Positions 1-14,200 of a stretch of 64,000 nucleotides of DNA are shown here, one piece after another. Under the pieces are notes generated by a model that worked only from the letters and a program-made list of their open reading frames with translations, did no database searches and had not been told where the DNA came from. Both the position numbers and the translations under genes were made by a program. Origin of the DNA: the human T2T-CHM13v2.0 reference genome, Homo sapiens; NCBI RefSeq assembly GCF_009914755.1, contig NC_060925.1; one strand, given 5' to 3'. Numbering within the stretch: position 1 is the stretch's first letter; every line of letters starts with the position of its first letter.

Positions 1-541
1 AAGGAGTCATCATCTAATGGAATTGCATGGAATCATCATAAAATGGAATCGAATGGAATCAACATCAAATGGAATCAAATGGAATCATTGAACGGAATTG
101 AATGGAATCGTCATCGAATGAATTGACTGCAATCATCGAATGGTCTCGAATGGAATCATCTTCAAATGGAATGGAATGGAATCATCGCATAGAATCGAAT
201 GGAATTATCATCGAATGGAATCGAATGGAATCAACATCAAACGGAAAAAAACGGAATTATCGAATGGAATCGAAGAGAATCATCGAATGGACCCGAATGG
301 AATCATCTAATGGAATGGAATGGAATAATCCATGGACTCGAATGCAATCATCATCGAATGGAATCGAATGGAATCATCCAATGGACTCGAATGGAATAAT
401 CATTGAACGGAATCGAATGGAATCATCATCGGATGGAAATGAATGGAATCATCATCGAATGGAATCGAATAGAATTATGGAATGAAATCCAGTGTGATCA
501 TCATCGAATGGACCCGAATGGAATCATCATCCAACGGAAGC

Positions 542-552
542 TAATGGAATCA
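542..552 (+). promoter_or_regulatory. Candidate DUX4 double-homeodomain site TAATGGAATCA, site 1 of 2 per unit
   Basis: Exact match to the degenerate DUX4 consensus TAAYBBAATCA. DUX4 is known to bind and activate HSATII. Occupancy here is not demonstrated. Confidence 0.45.
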
Positions 553-991
553 ACATCGAATGAATCGAATGGAAACACCATCGAATTGAAACGAATGGAA
601 TTATCATGAAATTGAAATGGATGGACTCATCATCGAATGGATTCGAATGGAATCATCGAATAAAATTGATTGAAATCATCATCCAATGGAATCGAATGGT
701 ATCATTGAATGGAATCGAATGGAATCATCATCAGATGGAAATGAATGGAATCGTCATAGAATGGAATCGAATGGATTCATTGAATGGAATCAGATGGAAT
801 CATCGAATGGACTGGAATGGAATCATTGAATGGACTCGAAAGGGATCATTATTGAATGGAATTGAATGGAATCATCGAATGGTCTCGATTGGAATCATTA
901 TCAAATGGAATCGAATGGAATCACCGAATAGAATCGAATGGAACAATCATCGAATGGACTCAAATGGAATTATCCTCCAATGGAATCGAAT

Positions 992-1037
992 GGAATTATC
1001 GAATGCAATCGAATGGAATTATCGAATGCAATCGAAT
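992..1037 (+). repeat. Perfect 2x23-bp tandem repeat inside segment C of each unit
   Basis: GGAATTATCGAATGCAATCGAAT x2; collapsed to one copy at ~16976 and ~61052. Confidence 0.9.
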
Positions 1038-1249
1038 AGAATCATCGAATGGACTCGAATGGAATCATCGAATGGAATGGAATGGAACAGTCAATGAACT
1101 CGAATGGAATCATCATTGAATGGAATCGAATGGAATCATCGAGTGGAATCGAATGGAATTATGATCAAATGGAATCGAATGTAATCATCATCAAATGGAA
1201 TCAAAAATAACCATCATCAATTGGTATTGAATGGAATTGTCATCAAATG

Positions 1250-1255
1250 GAATTC
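1250..1255. other. EcoRI site defining the 1.77-kb restriction monomer (once per unit: 1250, 3026, 4802...)
   Basis: GAATTC in the context AAATGGAATTCAAAGG, spaced 1,776 bp apart in canonical units. Confidence 0.9.
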
Positions 1256-1308
1256 AAAGGAATCATCATCAAATGGAACCGAATGGAATCCTCATTGAAT
1301 GGAAATGA

Positions 1309-1776
1309 AAGGGGTCATCATCTAATGGAATCGCATGGAATCATCATCAAATGGAATCGAATGGAATCATCATCAAATGGAATCTAATGGAATCATTGAA
1401 CAGAATTGAATGGAATCGTCATCGAATGAATTGAATGCAATCATCGAATGGTCTCGAATGGAATCATCTTCTAATGGAAAGGAATGGAATCATCGCATAG
1501 AATCGAATGGAATTATCATCGAATGGAATCGAATGGTATCAACACCAAACGGAAATAAACGGAATTATCGAATGGAATCGAAGAGAATCTTCGAACGGAC
1601 CCGAATGGAATCATCTAATGGAATGGAATGGAATAATCCATGGACTCGAATGCAATCATCATCGAATGGAATGGAATGGAATCATGGAATGGACTCGAAT
1701 GGAATAATCATTGAACGGAATCGAATGGAATCATCATCGGATGGAAACGAATGGAATCATCATCGAATGGAAATGA
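1309..1776 (+). repeat. 468-bp sub-block A (paralogue of sub-block B)
   Basis: Starts AAGGGGTC. Diagnostic bases: AACAGAATT, TCTAATGGAAAGG, GGTATCAACACC, ATCTTCGAACGG, GGAAACGAAT. The ORF at 1410 is paralogous to the ORF at 1878 (offset 468). Confidence 0.9.
1385..1395 (+). promoter_or_regulatory. Candidate DUX4 double-homeodomain site TAATGGAATCA, site 2 of 2 per unit
   Basis: AATC-TAATGGAATCA-TTG in sub-block A. The paralogous position in B reads AAATGGAATCA, which does not match. Confidence 0.45.
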
Positions 1777-2240
1777 AAGGAGTCATCATCTAATGGAATT
1801 GCATGGAATCATCATAAAATGGAATCGAATGGAATCAACATCAAATGGAATCAAATGGAATCATTGAACGGAATTGAATGGAATCGTCATCGAATGAATT
1901 GACTGCAATCATCGAATGGTCTCGAATGGAATCATCTTCAAATGGAATGGAATGGAATCATCGCATAGAATCGAATGGAATTATCATCGAATGGAATCGA
2001 ATGGAATCAACATCAAACGGAAAAAAACGGAATTATCGAATGGAATCGAAGAGAATCATCGAATGGACCCGAATGGAATCATCTAATGGAATGGAATGGA
2101 ATAATCCATGGACTCGAATGCAATCATCATCGAATGGAATCGAATGGAATCATCGAATGGACTCGAATGGAATAATCATTGAACGGAATCGAATGGAATC
2201 ATCATCGGATGGAAATGAATGGAATCATCATCGAATGGAA
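1777..2240 (+). repeat. 468-bp sub-block B (paralogue of sub-block A)
   Basis: Starts AAGGAGTC. Diagnostic bases: AACGGAATT, TTGACTGC, TTCAAATGGAATGG, GGAATCAACATC, ATCATCGAATGG, GGAAATGAAT. Similarity to A ends near 2240. Confidence 0.9.
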
Positions 2241-5200
2241 TCGAATAGAATTATGGAATGAAATCCAGTGTGATCATCATCGAATGGACCCGAATGGAAT
2301 CATCATCCAACGGAAGCTAATGGAATCAACATCGAATGAATCGAATGGAAACACCATCGAATTGAAACGAATGGAATTATCATGAAATTGAAATGGATGG
2401 ACTCATCATCGAATGGATTCGAATGGAATCATCGAATAAAATTGATTGAAATCATCATCGAATGGAATCGAATGGTATCATTGAATGGAATCGAATGGAA
2501 TCATCATCAGATGGAAATGAATGGAATCGTCATATAATGGAATCGAATGGATTCATTGAATGGAATCAGATGGAATCATCGAATGGACTGGAATGGAATC
2601 ATTGAATGGACTCGAAAGGGATCATGATTGAATGGAATTGAATGGAATCATCGAATGGTCTCGATTGGAATCATTATCAAATGGAATCGAATGGAATCAC
2701 CGAACAGAATCGAATGGAACAATCATCGAATGGACTCAAATGGAATTATCCTCCAATGGAATCGAATGGAATTATCGAATGCAATCGAATGGAATTATCG
2801 AATGCAATCGAATAGAAACATCGAATGGACTCGAATGGAATCATCGAATGGAATGGAATGGAACAGTCAATGAACTCGAATGGAGTCATCATTGAATGGA
2901 ATCGAATGGAATCATCGAGTGGAATCGAATGGAATTATGATCAAATGGAATCGAATGTAATCATCATCTAATGGAATCAAAAATAACCATCATCAATTGG
3001 TATTGAATGGAATTGTCATCAAATGGAATTCAAAGGAATCATCATCAAATGGAACCGAATGGAATCCTCATTGAATGGAAATGAAAGGGGTCATCATCTA
3101 ATGGAATCGCATGGAATCATCATCAAATGGAATCGAATGGAATCATCATCAAATGGAATCTAATGGAATCATTGAACAGAATTGAATGGAATCGTCATCG
3201 AATGAATTGAATGCAATCATCGAATGGTCTCGAATGGAATCATCTTCTAATGGAAAGGAATGGAATCATCGCATAGAATCGAATGGAATTATCATCGAAT
3301 GGAATCGAATGGTATCAACACCAAACGGAAAAAAACGGAATTATCGAATGGAATCGAAGAGAATCTTCGAACGGACCCGAATGGAATCATCTAATGGAAT
3401 GGAATGGAATAATCCATGGACTCGAATGCAATCATCATCGAATGGAATCGAATGGAATCATCGAATGGACTCGAATGGAATAATCATTGAACGGAATCGA
3501 ATGGAATCATCATCGGATGGAAACGAATGGAATCATCATCGAATGGAAATGAAAGGAGTCATCATCTAATGGAATTGCATGGAATCATCATCAAATGGAA
3601 TCGAATGGAATCAACATCAAATGGAATCAAATGGAATCATTGAACGGAATTGAATGGAATCGTCATCGAATGAATTGACTGCAATCATCGAATGGTCTCG
3701 AATGGAATCATCTTCAAATGGAATGGAATGGAATCATCGCATAGAATCGAATGGAATTATCATCGAATGGAATCGAATGGAATCAACATCAAACGGAAAA
3801 AAACAGAATTATCGTATGGAATCTAAGAGAATCATCGAATGGACCCGAATGGAATCATCTAATGGAATGGAATGGAATAATCCATGGACTCGAATGCAAT
3901 CATCATCGAATGGAATCGAATGGAATCATCGAATGGACTCGAATGGAATAATCATTGAACGGAATCGAATGGAATCATCATCGGATGGAAATGAATGGAA
4001 TCATCATCGAATGGAATCGAATAGAATTATGGAATGAAATCCAGTGTGATCATCATCGAATGGACCCGAATGGAATCATCATCCAACGGAAGCTAATGGA
4101 ATCAACATCGAATGAATCGAATGGAAACACCATCGAATTGAAACGAATGGAATTATCATGAAATTGAAATGGATGGACTCATCATCGAATGGATTCGAAT
4201 GGAATCATCGAATAAAATTGATTGAAATCATCATCCAATGGAATCGAATGGTATCATTGAATGGAATCGAATGGAATCATCATCAGATGGAAATGAATGG
4301 AATCGTCATAGAATGGAATCGAATGGATTCATTGAATGGAATCAGATGGAATCATCGAATGGACTGGAATGGAATCATTGAATGGACTCGAAAGGGATCA
4401 TTATTGAATGGAATTGAATGGAATCATCGAATGGTCTCGATTGGAATCATTACCAAATGGAATCGAATGGAATCACCGAATAGAATCGAATGGAACAATC
4501 ATCGAATGGACTCAAATGGAATTATCCTCCAATGGAATCGAATGGAATTATCGAATGCAATCGAATGGAATTATCGAATGCAATCGAATAGAATCATCGA
4601 AAGGACTCGAATGGAATCATCGAATGGAATGGAATGGAACAGTCAATGAACTCGAATGGAATCATCATTGAATGGAATCGAATGGAATCATCGAGTGGAA
4701 TCGAATGGAATTATGATCAAATGGAATCGAATGTAATCATCATCAAATGGAATCAAAAATAACCATCATCAATTGGTATTGAATGGAATTGTCATCAAAT
4801 GGAATTCAAAGGAATCATCATCAAATGGAACCGAATGGAATCCTCATTGAATGGAAATGAAAGGGGTCATCATCTAATGGAATCGCATGGAATCATCATC
4901 AAATGGAATCGAATGGAATCATCATCAAATGGAATCTAATGGAATCATTGAACAGAATTGAATGGAATCGTCATCGAATGAATTGAATGCAATCATCGAA
5001 TGGTCTCGAATGGAATCATCTTCTAATGGAAAGGAATGGAATCATCGCATAGAATCGAATGGAATTATCATCGAATGGAATCGAATGGTATCAACACCAA
5101 ACGGAAAAAAACGGAATTATCGAATGGAATCGAAGAGAATCTTCGAACGGACCCGAATGGAATCATCTAATGGAATGGAATGGAATAATCCATGGACTCG

Positions 5201-8200
5201 AATGCAATCATCATCGAATGGAATCGAATGGAATCATCGAATGGACTCGAATGGAATAATCATTGAACGGAATCGAATGGAATCATCATCGGATGGAAAC
5301 GAATGGAATCATCATCGAATGGAAATGAAAGGAGTCATCATCTAATGGAATTGCATGGAATCATCATCAAATGGAATCGAATGGAATCAACATCAAATGG
5401 AATCAAATGGAATCATTGAACGGAATTGAATGGAATCGTCATCGAATGAATTGACTGCAATCATCGAATGGTCTCGAATGGAATCATCTTCAAATGGAAT
5501 GGAATGGAATCATCGCATAGAATCGAATGGAATTATCATCGAATGGAATCGAATGGAATCAACATCAAACGGAAAAAAACAGAATTATCGTATGGAATCG
5601 AAGAGAATCATCGAATGGACCCGAATGGAATCATCTAATGGAATGGAATGGAATAATCCATGGACTCGAATGCAATCATCATCGAATGGAATCGAATGGA
5701 ATCATCGAATGGACTCGAATGGAATAATCATTGAACGGAATCGAATGGAATCATCATCGGATGGAAATGAATGGAATCATCATCGAATGGAATCGAATAG
5801 AATTATGGAATGAAATCCAGTGTGATCATCATCGAATGGACCCGAATGGAATCATCATCTAACGGAAGCTAATGGAATCAACATCGAATGAATCGAATGG
5901 AAACACCATCGAATTGAAACGAATGGAATTATCATGAAATTGAAATGGATGGACTCATCATCGAATGGATTCGAATGGAATCATCGAATAAAATTGATTG
6001 AAATCATCATCCAATGGAATCGAATGGTATCATTGAATGGAATCGAATGGAATCATCATCAGATGGAAATGAATGGAATCGTCATAAAATGGAATCGAAG
6101 GGATTCATTGAATGGAATCAGATGGAATCATCGAATGGACTGGAATGGAATCATTGAATGGACTCGAAAGGGATCATTATTGAATGGAATTGAATGGAAT
6201 CATCGAATGGTCTCGATTGGAATCATTATCAAATGGAATCGAATGGAATCACCGAACAGAATCGAATGGAACAATCATCGAATGGACTCAAATGGAATTA
6301 TCCTCCAATGGAATCGAATGGAATTATCGAATGCAATCGAATGGAATTATCGAATGCAATCGAATAGAATCATCGAATGGACTCGAATGGAATCATCGAA
6401 TGGAATGGAATGGAACAGTCAATGAACTCGAATGGAATCATCATTGAATGGAATCGAATGGAATCATCGAGTGGAATCGAATGGAATTATGATCAAATGG
6501 AATCGAATGTAATCATCATCAAATGGAATCAAAAATAACCATCATCAATTGGTATTGAATGGAATTGTCATCAAATGGAATTCAAAGGAATCATCATCAA
6601 ATGGAACCGAATGGAATCCTCATTGAATGGAAATGAAAGGGGTCATCATCTAATGGAATCGCATGGAATCATCATCAAATGGAATCGAATGGAATCATCA
6701 TCAAATGGAATCTAATGGAATCATTGAACAGAATTGAATGGAATCGTCATCGAATGAATTGAATGCAATCATCGAATGGTCTCGAATGGAATCATCTTCT
6801 AATGGAAAGGAATGGAATCATCGCATAGAATCGAATGGAATTATCATCGAATGGAATCGAATGGTATCAACACCAAACGGAAAAAAACGGAATTATCGAA
6901 TGGAATCGAAGAGAATCTTCGAACGGACCCGAATGGAATCATCTAATGGAATGGAATGGAATAATCCATGGACTCGAATGCAATCATCATCGAATGGAAT
7001 CGAATGGAATCATCGAATGGACTCGAATGGAATAATCATTGAATGGAATCGAATGGAATCATCATCGGATGGAAACGAATGGAATCATCATCGAATGGAA
7101 ATGAAAGGAGTCATCATCTAATGGAATTGCATGGAATCATCATAAAATGCAATCGAATGGAATCAACATCAAATGGAATCAAATGGAATCATCGAACGGA
7201 ATTGAATGGAATCGTCATCGAATGAATTGACTGCAATCATCGAATGGTCTCGAATGGAATCATCTTCAAATGGAATGGAATGGAATCATCGCATAGAATC
7301 GAATGGAATTATCATCGAATGGAATTGAATGGAATCAACATCAAACGGAAAAAAACGGAATTATCGAATGGAATCGAAGAGAATCATCGAATGGACCCGA
7401 ATTGAATCATCTAATGGAATGGAATGGAATAATCCATGGACTCGAATGCAATCATCATCGAATGGAATCGAATGGAATCATCGAATGGACTCGAATGGAA
7501 TAATCATTGAACGGAATCGAATGGAATCATCATCGGATGGAAATGAATGGAATCATCATCGAATGGAATCGAATAGAATTATGGAATGAAATCCAGTGTG
7601 ATCATCATCGAATGGACCCGAATGGAATCATCATCCAACGGAAGCTAATGGAATCAACATCGAATGAATCGAATGGAAACACCATCGAATTGAAACGAAT
7701 GGAATTATCATGAAATTGAAATGGATGGACTCATCATCGAATGGATTCGAATGGAATCATCGAATAAAATTGATTGAAATCATCATCGAATGGATTCGAA
7801 TGGTATCATTGAATGGAATCGAATGGAATCATCATCAGATGGAAATGAATGGAATCGTCATAGAATGGAATCGAATGGATTCATTGAATGGAATCAGATG
7901 GAATCATCGAATGGACTGGAATGGAATCATTGAATGGACTCGAAAGGGATCATTATTGAATGGAATTGAATGGAATCATCGAATGGTCTCGATTGGAATC
8001 ATTATCAAATGGAATCGAATGGAATCACCGAATAGAATCGAATGGAACAATCATCGAATGGACTCAAATGGAATTATCCTCCAATGGAATCGAATGGAAT
8101 TATCGAATGCAATCGAATGGAATTATCGAATGCAATCGAATAGAATCATCGAATGGACTCGAATGGAATCATCGAATGGAATGGAATGGAACAGTCAATG

Positions 8201-11200
8201 AACTCGAATGGAATCATCATTGAATGGAATCGAATGGAATCATCGAGTGGAATCGAATGGAATTATGATCAAATGGAATCGAATGTAATCATCATCAAAT
8301 GGAATCAAAAATAACCATCATCAATTGGTATTGAATGGAATTGTCATCAAATGGAATTCAAAGGAATCATCATCAAATGGAACCGAATGGAATCCTCATT
8401 GAATGGAAATGAAAGGGGTCATCATCTAATGGAATCGCATGGAATCATCATCAAATGGAATCGAATGGAATCATCATCAAATGGAATCTAATGGAATCAT
8501 TGAACAGAATTGAATGGAATCGTCATCGAATGAATTGAATGCAATCATCGAATGGTCTCGAATGGAATCATCTTCTAATGGAAAGGAATGGAATCATCGC
8601 ATAGAATCGAATGGAATTATCATCGAATGGAATCGAATGGTATCAACACCAAACGGAAAAAAACGGAATTATCGAATGGAATCGAAGAGAATCTTCGAAC
8701 GGACCCGAATGGAATCATCTAATGGAATGGAATGGAATAATCCATGGACTCGAATGCAATCATCATCGAATGGAATCGAATGGAATCATCGAATGGACTC
8801 GAATGGAATAATCATTGAACGGAATCGAATGGAATCATCATCGGATGGAAACGAATGGAATCATCATCGAATGGAAATGAAAGGAGTCATCATCTAATGG
8901 AATTGCATGGAATCATCATAAAATGGAATCGAATGGAATCAACATCAAATGGAATCAAATGGAATCATTGAACGGAATTGAATGGAATCGTCATCGAATG
9001 AATTGACTGCAATCATCGAATGGTCTCGAATGGAATCATCTTCAAATGGAATGGAATGGAATCATCGCATAGAATCGAATGGAATTATCATCGAATGGAA
9101 TCGAATGGAATCAACATCAAACGGAAAAAAACGGAATTATCGAATGGAATCGAAGAGAATCATCGAATGGACCCGAATGGAATCATCTAATGGAATGGAA
9201 TGGAATAATCCATGGACTCGGATGCAATCATCATCCAATGGAATCGAATGGAATCATCGAATGGACTCGAATGGAATAATCATTGAACGGAATCGAATGG
9301 AATCATCATCGGATGGAAATGAATGGAATCATCATCGAATGGAATCGAATAGAATTATGGAATGAAATCCAGTGTGATCATCATCGAATGGACCCGAATG
9401 GAATCATCATCCAACGGAAGCTAATGGAATCAACATCGAATGAATCGAATGGAAACACCATCGAATTGAAACGAATGGAATTATCATGAAATTGAAATGG
9501 ATGGACTCATCATCGAATGGATTCGAATGGAATCATCGAATAAAATTGATTGAAATCATCATCGAATGGAATCGAATGGTATCATTGAATGGAATCGAAT
9601 GGAATCATCATCAGATGGAAATGAATGGAATCGTCATAGAATGGAATCGAATGGATTCATTGAATGGAATCAGATGGAATCATCGAATGGACTGGAATGG
9701 AATCATTGAATGGACTCGAAAGGGATCATTATTGAATGGAATTGAATGGAATCATCGAATGGTCTCGATTGGAATCATTATCAAATGGAATCGAATGGAA
9801 TCACCGAATAGAATCGAATGGAACAATCATCGAATGGACTCAAATGGAATTATCCTCCAATGGAATCGAATGGAATTATCGAATGCAATCGAATGGAATT
9901 ATCGAATGCAATCGAATAGAATCATCGAATGGACTCGAATGGAATCATCGAATGGAATGGAATGGAACAGTCAATGAACTCGAATGGAATCATCATTGAA
10001 TGGAATCGAATGGAATCATCGAGTGGAATCGAATGGAATTATGATCAAATGGAATCGAATGTAATCATCATCAAATGGAATCAAAAATAACCATCATCAA
10101 TTGGTATTGAATGGAATTGTCATCAAATGGAATTCAAAGGAATCATCATCAAATGGAACCGAATGGAATCCTCATTGAATGGAAATGAAAGGGGTCATCA
10201 TCTAATGGAATCGCATGGAATCATCATCAAATGGAATCGAATGGAATCATCATCAAATGGAATCTAATGGAATCATTGAACAGAATTGAATGGAATCGTC
10301 ATCGAATGAATTGAATGCAATCATCGAATGGTCTCGAATGGAATCATCTTCTAATGGAAAGGAATGGAATCATCGCATAGAATCGAATGGAATTATCATC
10401 GAATGGAATCGAATGGTATCAACACCAAACGGAAAAAAACGGAATTATCGAATGGAATCGAAGAGAATCTTCGAACGGACCCGAATGGAATCATCTAATG
10501 GAATGGAATGGAATAATCCATGGACTCGAATGCAATCATCATCGAATGGAATGGAATGGAATCATCGAATGGACTCGAATGGAATAATCATTGAACGGAA
10601 TCGAATGGAATCATCATCGGATGGAAACGAATGGAATCATCATCGAATGGAAATGAAAGGAGTCATCATCTAATGGAATTGCATGGAATCATCATAAAAT
10701 GGAATCGAATGGAATCAACATCAAATGGAATCAAATGGAATCATTGAACGGAATTGAATGGAATCGTCATCGAATGAATTGACTGCAATCATCGAATGGT
10801 CTCGAATGGAATCATCTTCAAATGGAATGGAATGGAATCATCGCATAGAATCGAATGGAATTATCATCGAATGGAATCGAATGGAATCAACATCAAACGG
10901 AAAAAAACGGAATTATCGAATGGAATCGAAGAGAATCATCGAATGGACCCGAATGGAATCATCTAATGGAATGGAATGGAATAATCCATGGACTCGAATG
11001 CAATCATCATCGAATGGAATCGAATGGAATCATCGAATGGACTCGAATGGAATAATCATTGAACGGAATCGAATGGAATCATCATCGGATGGAAATGAAT
11101 GGAATCATCATCGAATGGAATAGAATAGAATTATGGAATGAAATCCAGTGTGATCATCATCGAATGGACCCGAATGGAATCATCTTCCAACGGAAGCTAA

Positions 11201-14200
11201 TGGAATCAACATCGAATGAATCGAATGGAAACACCATCGAATTGAAACGAATGGAATTATCATGAAATTGAAATGGATGGACTCATCATCGAATGGATTC
11301 GAATGGAATCATCGAATAAAATTGATTGAAATCATCATCGAATGGAATCGAATGGTATCATTGAATGGAATCGAATGGAATCATCATCAGATGTAAATGA
11401 ATGGAATCGTCATAGAATGGAATCGAATGGATTCATTGAATGGAATCAGATGGAATCATCGAATGGACTGGAATGGAATCATTGAATGGACTCGAAAGGG
11501 ATCATGATTGAATGGAATTGAATGGAATCATCGAATGGTCTCGATTGGAATCATTATCAAATGGAATCGAATGGAATCACCGAATAGAATCGAATGGAAC
11601 AATCATCGAATGGACTCAAATGGAATTATCCTCAAATGGAATCGAATGGAATTATCAAATGCAATCGAATGGAATTATCGAATGCAATCGAATAGAATCA
11701 TCGAAAGGACTCGAATGGAATCATCGAATGGAATGGAATGGAACAGTCAATGAACTCGAATGGAATCATCATTGAATGGAATCGAATGGAATCATCGAGT
11801 GGAATCGAATGGAATTATGATCAAATGGAATCGAATGTAATCATCATCAAATGGAATCAAAAATAACCATCATCAATTGGTATTCAATGGAAATGTCATC
11901 AAATGGAATTCAAAGGAATCATCATCAAATGGAACCGAATGGAATCCTGATTGAATGGAAATGAAAGGGGTCATCATCTGATGGAATCGCATGGAATCAT
12001 CATCAAATGGAATCGAATGGAATCATCATCAAATGGAATCTAATGGAATCATTGAACAGAATTGAATGGAATCGTCATCGAATGAATTGAATGCAATCAT
12101 CGAATGGTCTCGAATGGAATCATCTTCTAATGGAAAGGAATGGAATCATCGCATAGAATCGAATGGAATTATCATCGAATGGAATCGAATGGTATCAACA
12201 CCAAACGGAAAAAAACGGAATTATCGAATGGAATCGAAGAGAATCTTCGAACGGACCCGAATGGAATCATCTAATGGAATGGAATGGAATAATCCATGGA
12301 CTCGAATGCAATCATCATCGAATGGAATGGAATGGAATCATCGAATCGACTCGAATGGAATAATCATTGAACGGAATCGAATGGAATCATCATCGGATGG
12401 AAACGAATGGAATCATCATCGAATGGAAATGAAAGGAGTCATCATCTAATGGAATTGCATGGAATCATCATAAAATGGAATCGAATGGAATCAACATCAA
12501 ATGGAATCAAATGGAATCATTGAACGGAATTGAATGGAATCGTCATCGAATGAATTGACTGCAATCATCGAATGGTCTCGAATGGAATCATCCTCAAATG
12601 GAATGGAATGGAATCATCGCATAGAATCGAATGGAATTATCATCGAATGGAATCGAATGGAATCAACATCAAACGGAAAAAAACGGAATTATCGAATGGA
12701 ATCGAAGAGAATCATCGAATGGACCCGAATGGAATCATCTAATGGAATGGAATGGAATAATCCATGGACTCGAATGCAATCATCATCGAATGGAATCGAA
12801 TGGAATCATCCAATGGACTCGAATGGAATAATCATTGAACGGAATCGAATGGAATCATCATCGGATGGAAATGAATGGAATCATCATTGAATGGAATCGA
12901 ATAGAATTATGGAATGAAATCCAGTGTGATCATCATCGAATGGACCCGAATGGAATCATCATCCAACGGAAGCTAATGGAATCAACATCGAATGAATCGA
13001 ATGGAAACACCATCGAATTGAAACGAATGGAATTATCATGAAATTGAAATGGATGGACTCATCATCGAATGGATTCGAATGGAATCATCGAATAAAATTG
13101 ATTGAAATCATCATCCAATGGAATCGAATGGTATCATTGAATGGAATCGAATGGAATCATCATCAGATGGAAATGAATGGAATCGTCATAGAATGGAATC
13201 GAATGGATTCATTGAATGGAATCAGATGGAATCATCGAATGGACTGGAATGGAATCATTGAATGGACTCGAAAGGGATCATTATTGAATGGAATTGAATG
13301 GAATCATCGAATGGTCTCGATTGGAATCATTATCAAATGGAATCGAATGGAATCACCGAATAGAATCGAATGGAACAATCATCGAATGGACTCAAATGGA
13401 ATTATCCTCCAATGGAATCGAATGGAATTATCGAATGCAATCGAATGGAATTATCGAATGCAATCGAATAGAATCATCGAATGGACTCGAATGGAATCAT
13501 CGAATGGAATGGAATGGAACAGTCAATGAACTCGAATGGAATCATCATTGAATGGAATCGAATGGAATCATCGAGTGGAATCGAATGGAATTATGATCAA
13601 ATGGAATCGAATGTAATCATCATCAAATGGAATCAAAAATAACCATCATCAATTGGTATTGAATGGAATTGTCATCAAATGGAATTCAAAGGAATCATCA
13701 TCAAATGGAACCGAATGGAATCCTCATTGAATGGAAATGAAAGGGGTCATCATCTAATGGAATCGCATGGAATCATCATCAAATGGAATCGAATGGAATC
13801 ATCATCAAATGGAATCTAATGGAATCATTGAACAGAATTGAATGGAATCGTCATCGAATGAATTGAATGCAATCATCGAATGGTCTCGAATGGAATCATC
13901 TTCTAATGGAAAGGAATGGAATCATCGCATAGAATCGAATGGAATTATCATCGAATGGAATCGAATGGTATCAACACCAAACGGAAATAAACGGAATTAT
14001 CGAATGGAATCGAAGAGAATCTTCGAACGGACCCGAATGGAATCATCTAATGGAATGGAATGGAATAATCCATGGACTCGAATGCAATCATCATCGAATG
14101 GAATGGAATGGAATCATGGAATGGACTCGAATGGAATAATCATTGAACGGAATCGAATGGAATCATCATCGGATGGAAACGAATGGAATCATCATCGAAT

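Larger units (their letters stand above)
1..1776 (+). repeat. Reference 1,776-bp repeat unit (first full copy)
   Basis: AAGGAGTCATCATCTAATGG at 1 recurs at 1777. Once-per-unit landmarks are CCAGTGTG (489), CAAAAATAACC (1202), GAATTC (1250) and AAGGGGTC (1309). Confidence 0.95.

Noticed and set aside
659-664. AATAAA once per unit
   Set aside because: A hexamer match is expected by chance in A-rich sequence, with no clear GU/U-rich downstream element. It is not supportable as a polyadenylation signal without 3'-end data.
1580-1596. Heat-shock-element-like GAAnnTTC in block A (GAGAATCTTCGAAC)
   Set aside because: Only two correctly inverted nGAAn units are present; a canonical HSE needs three, and HSF1 stress bodies are mainly associated with HSat3.
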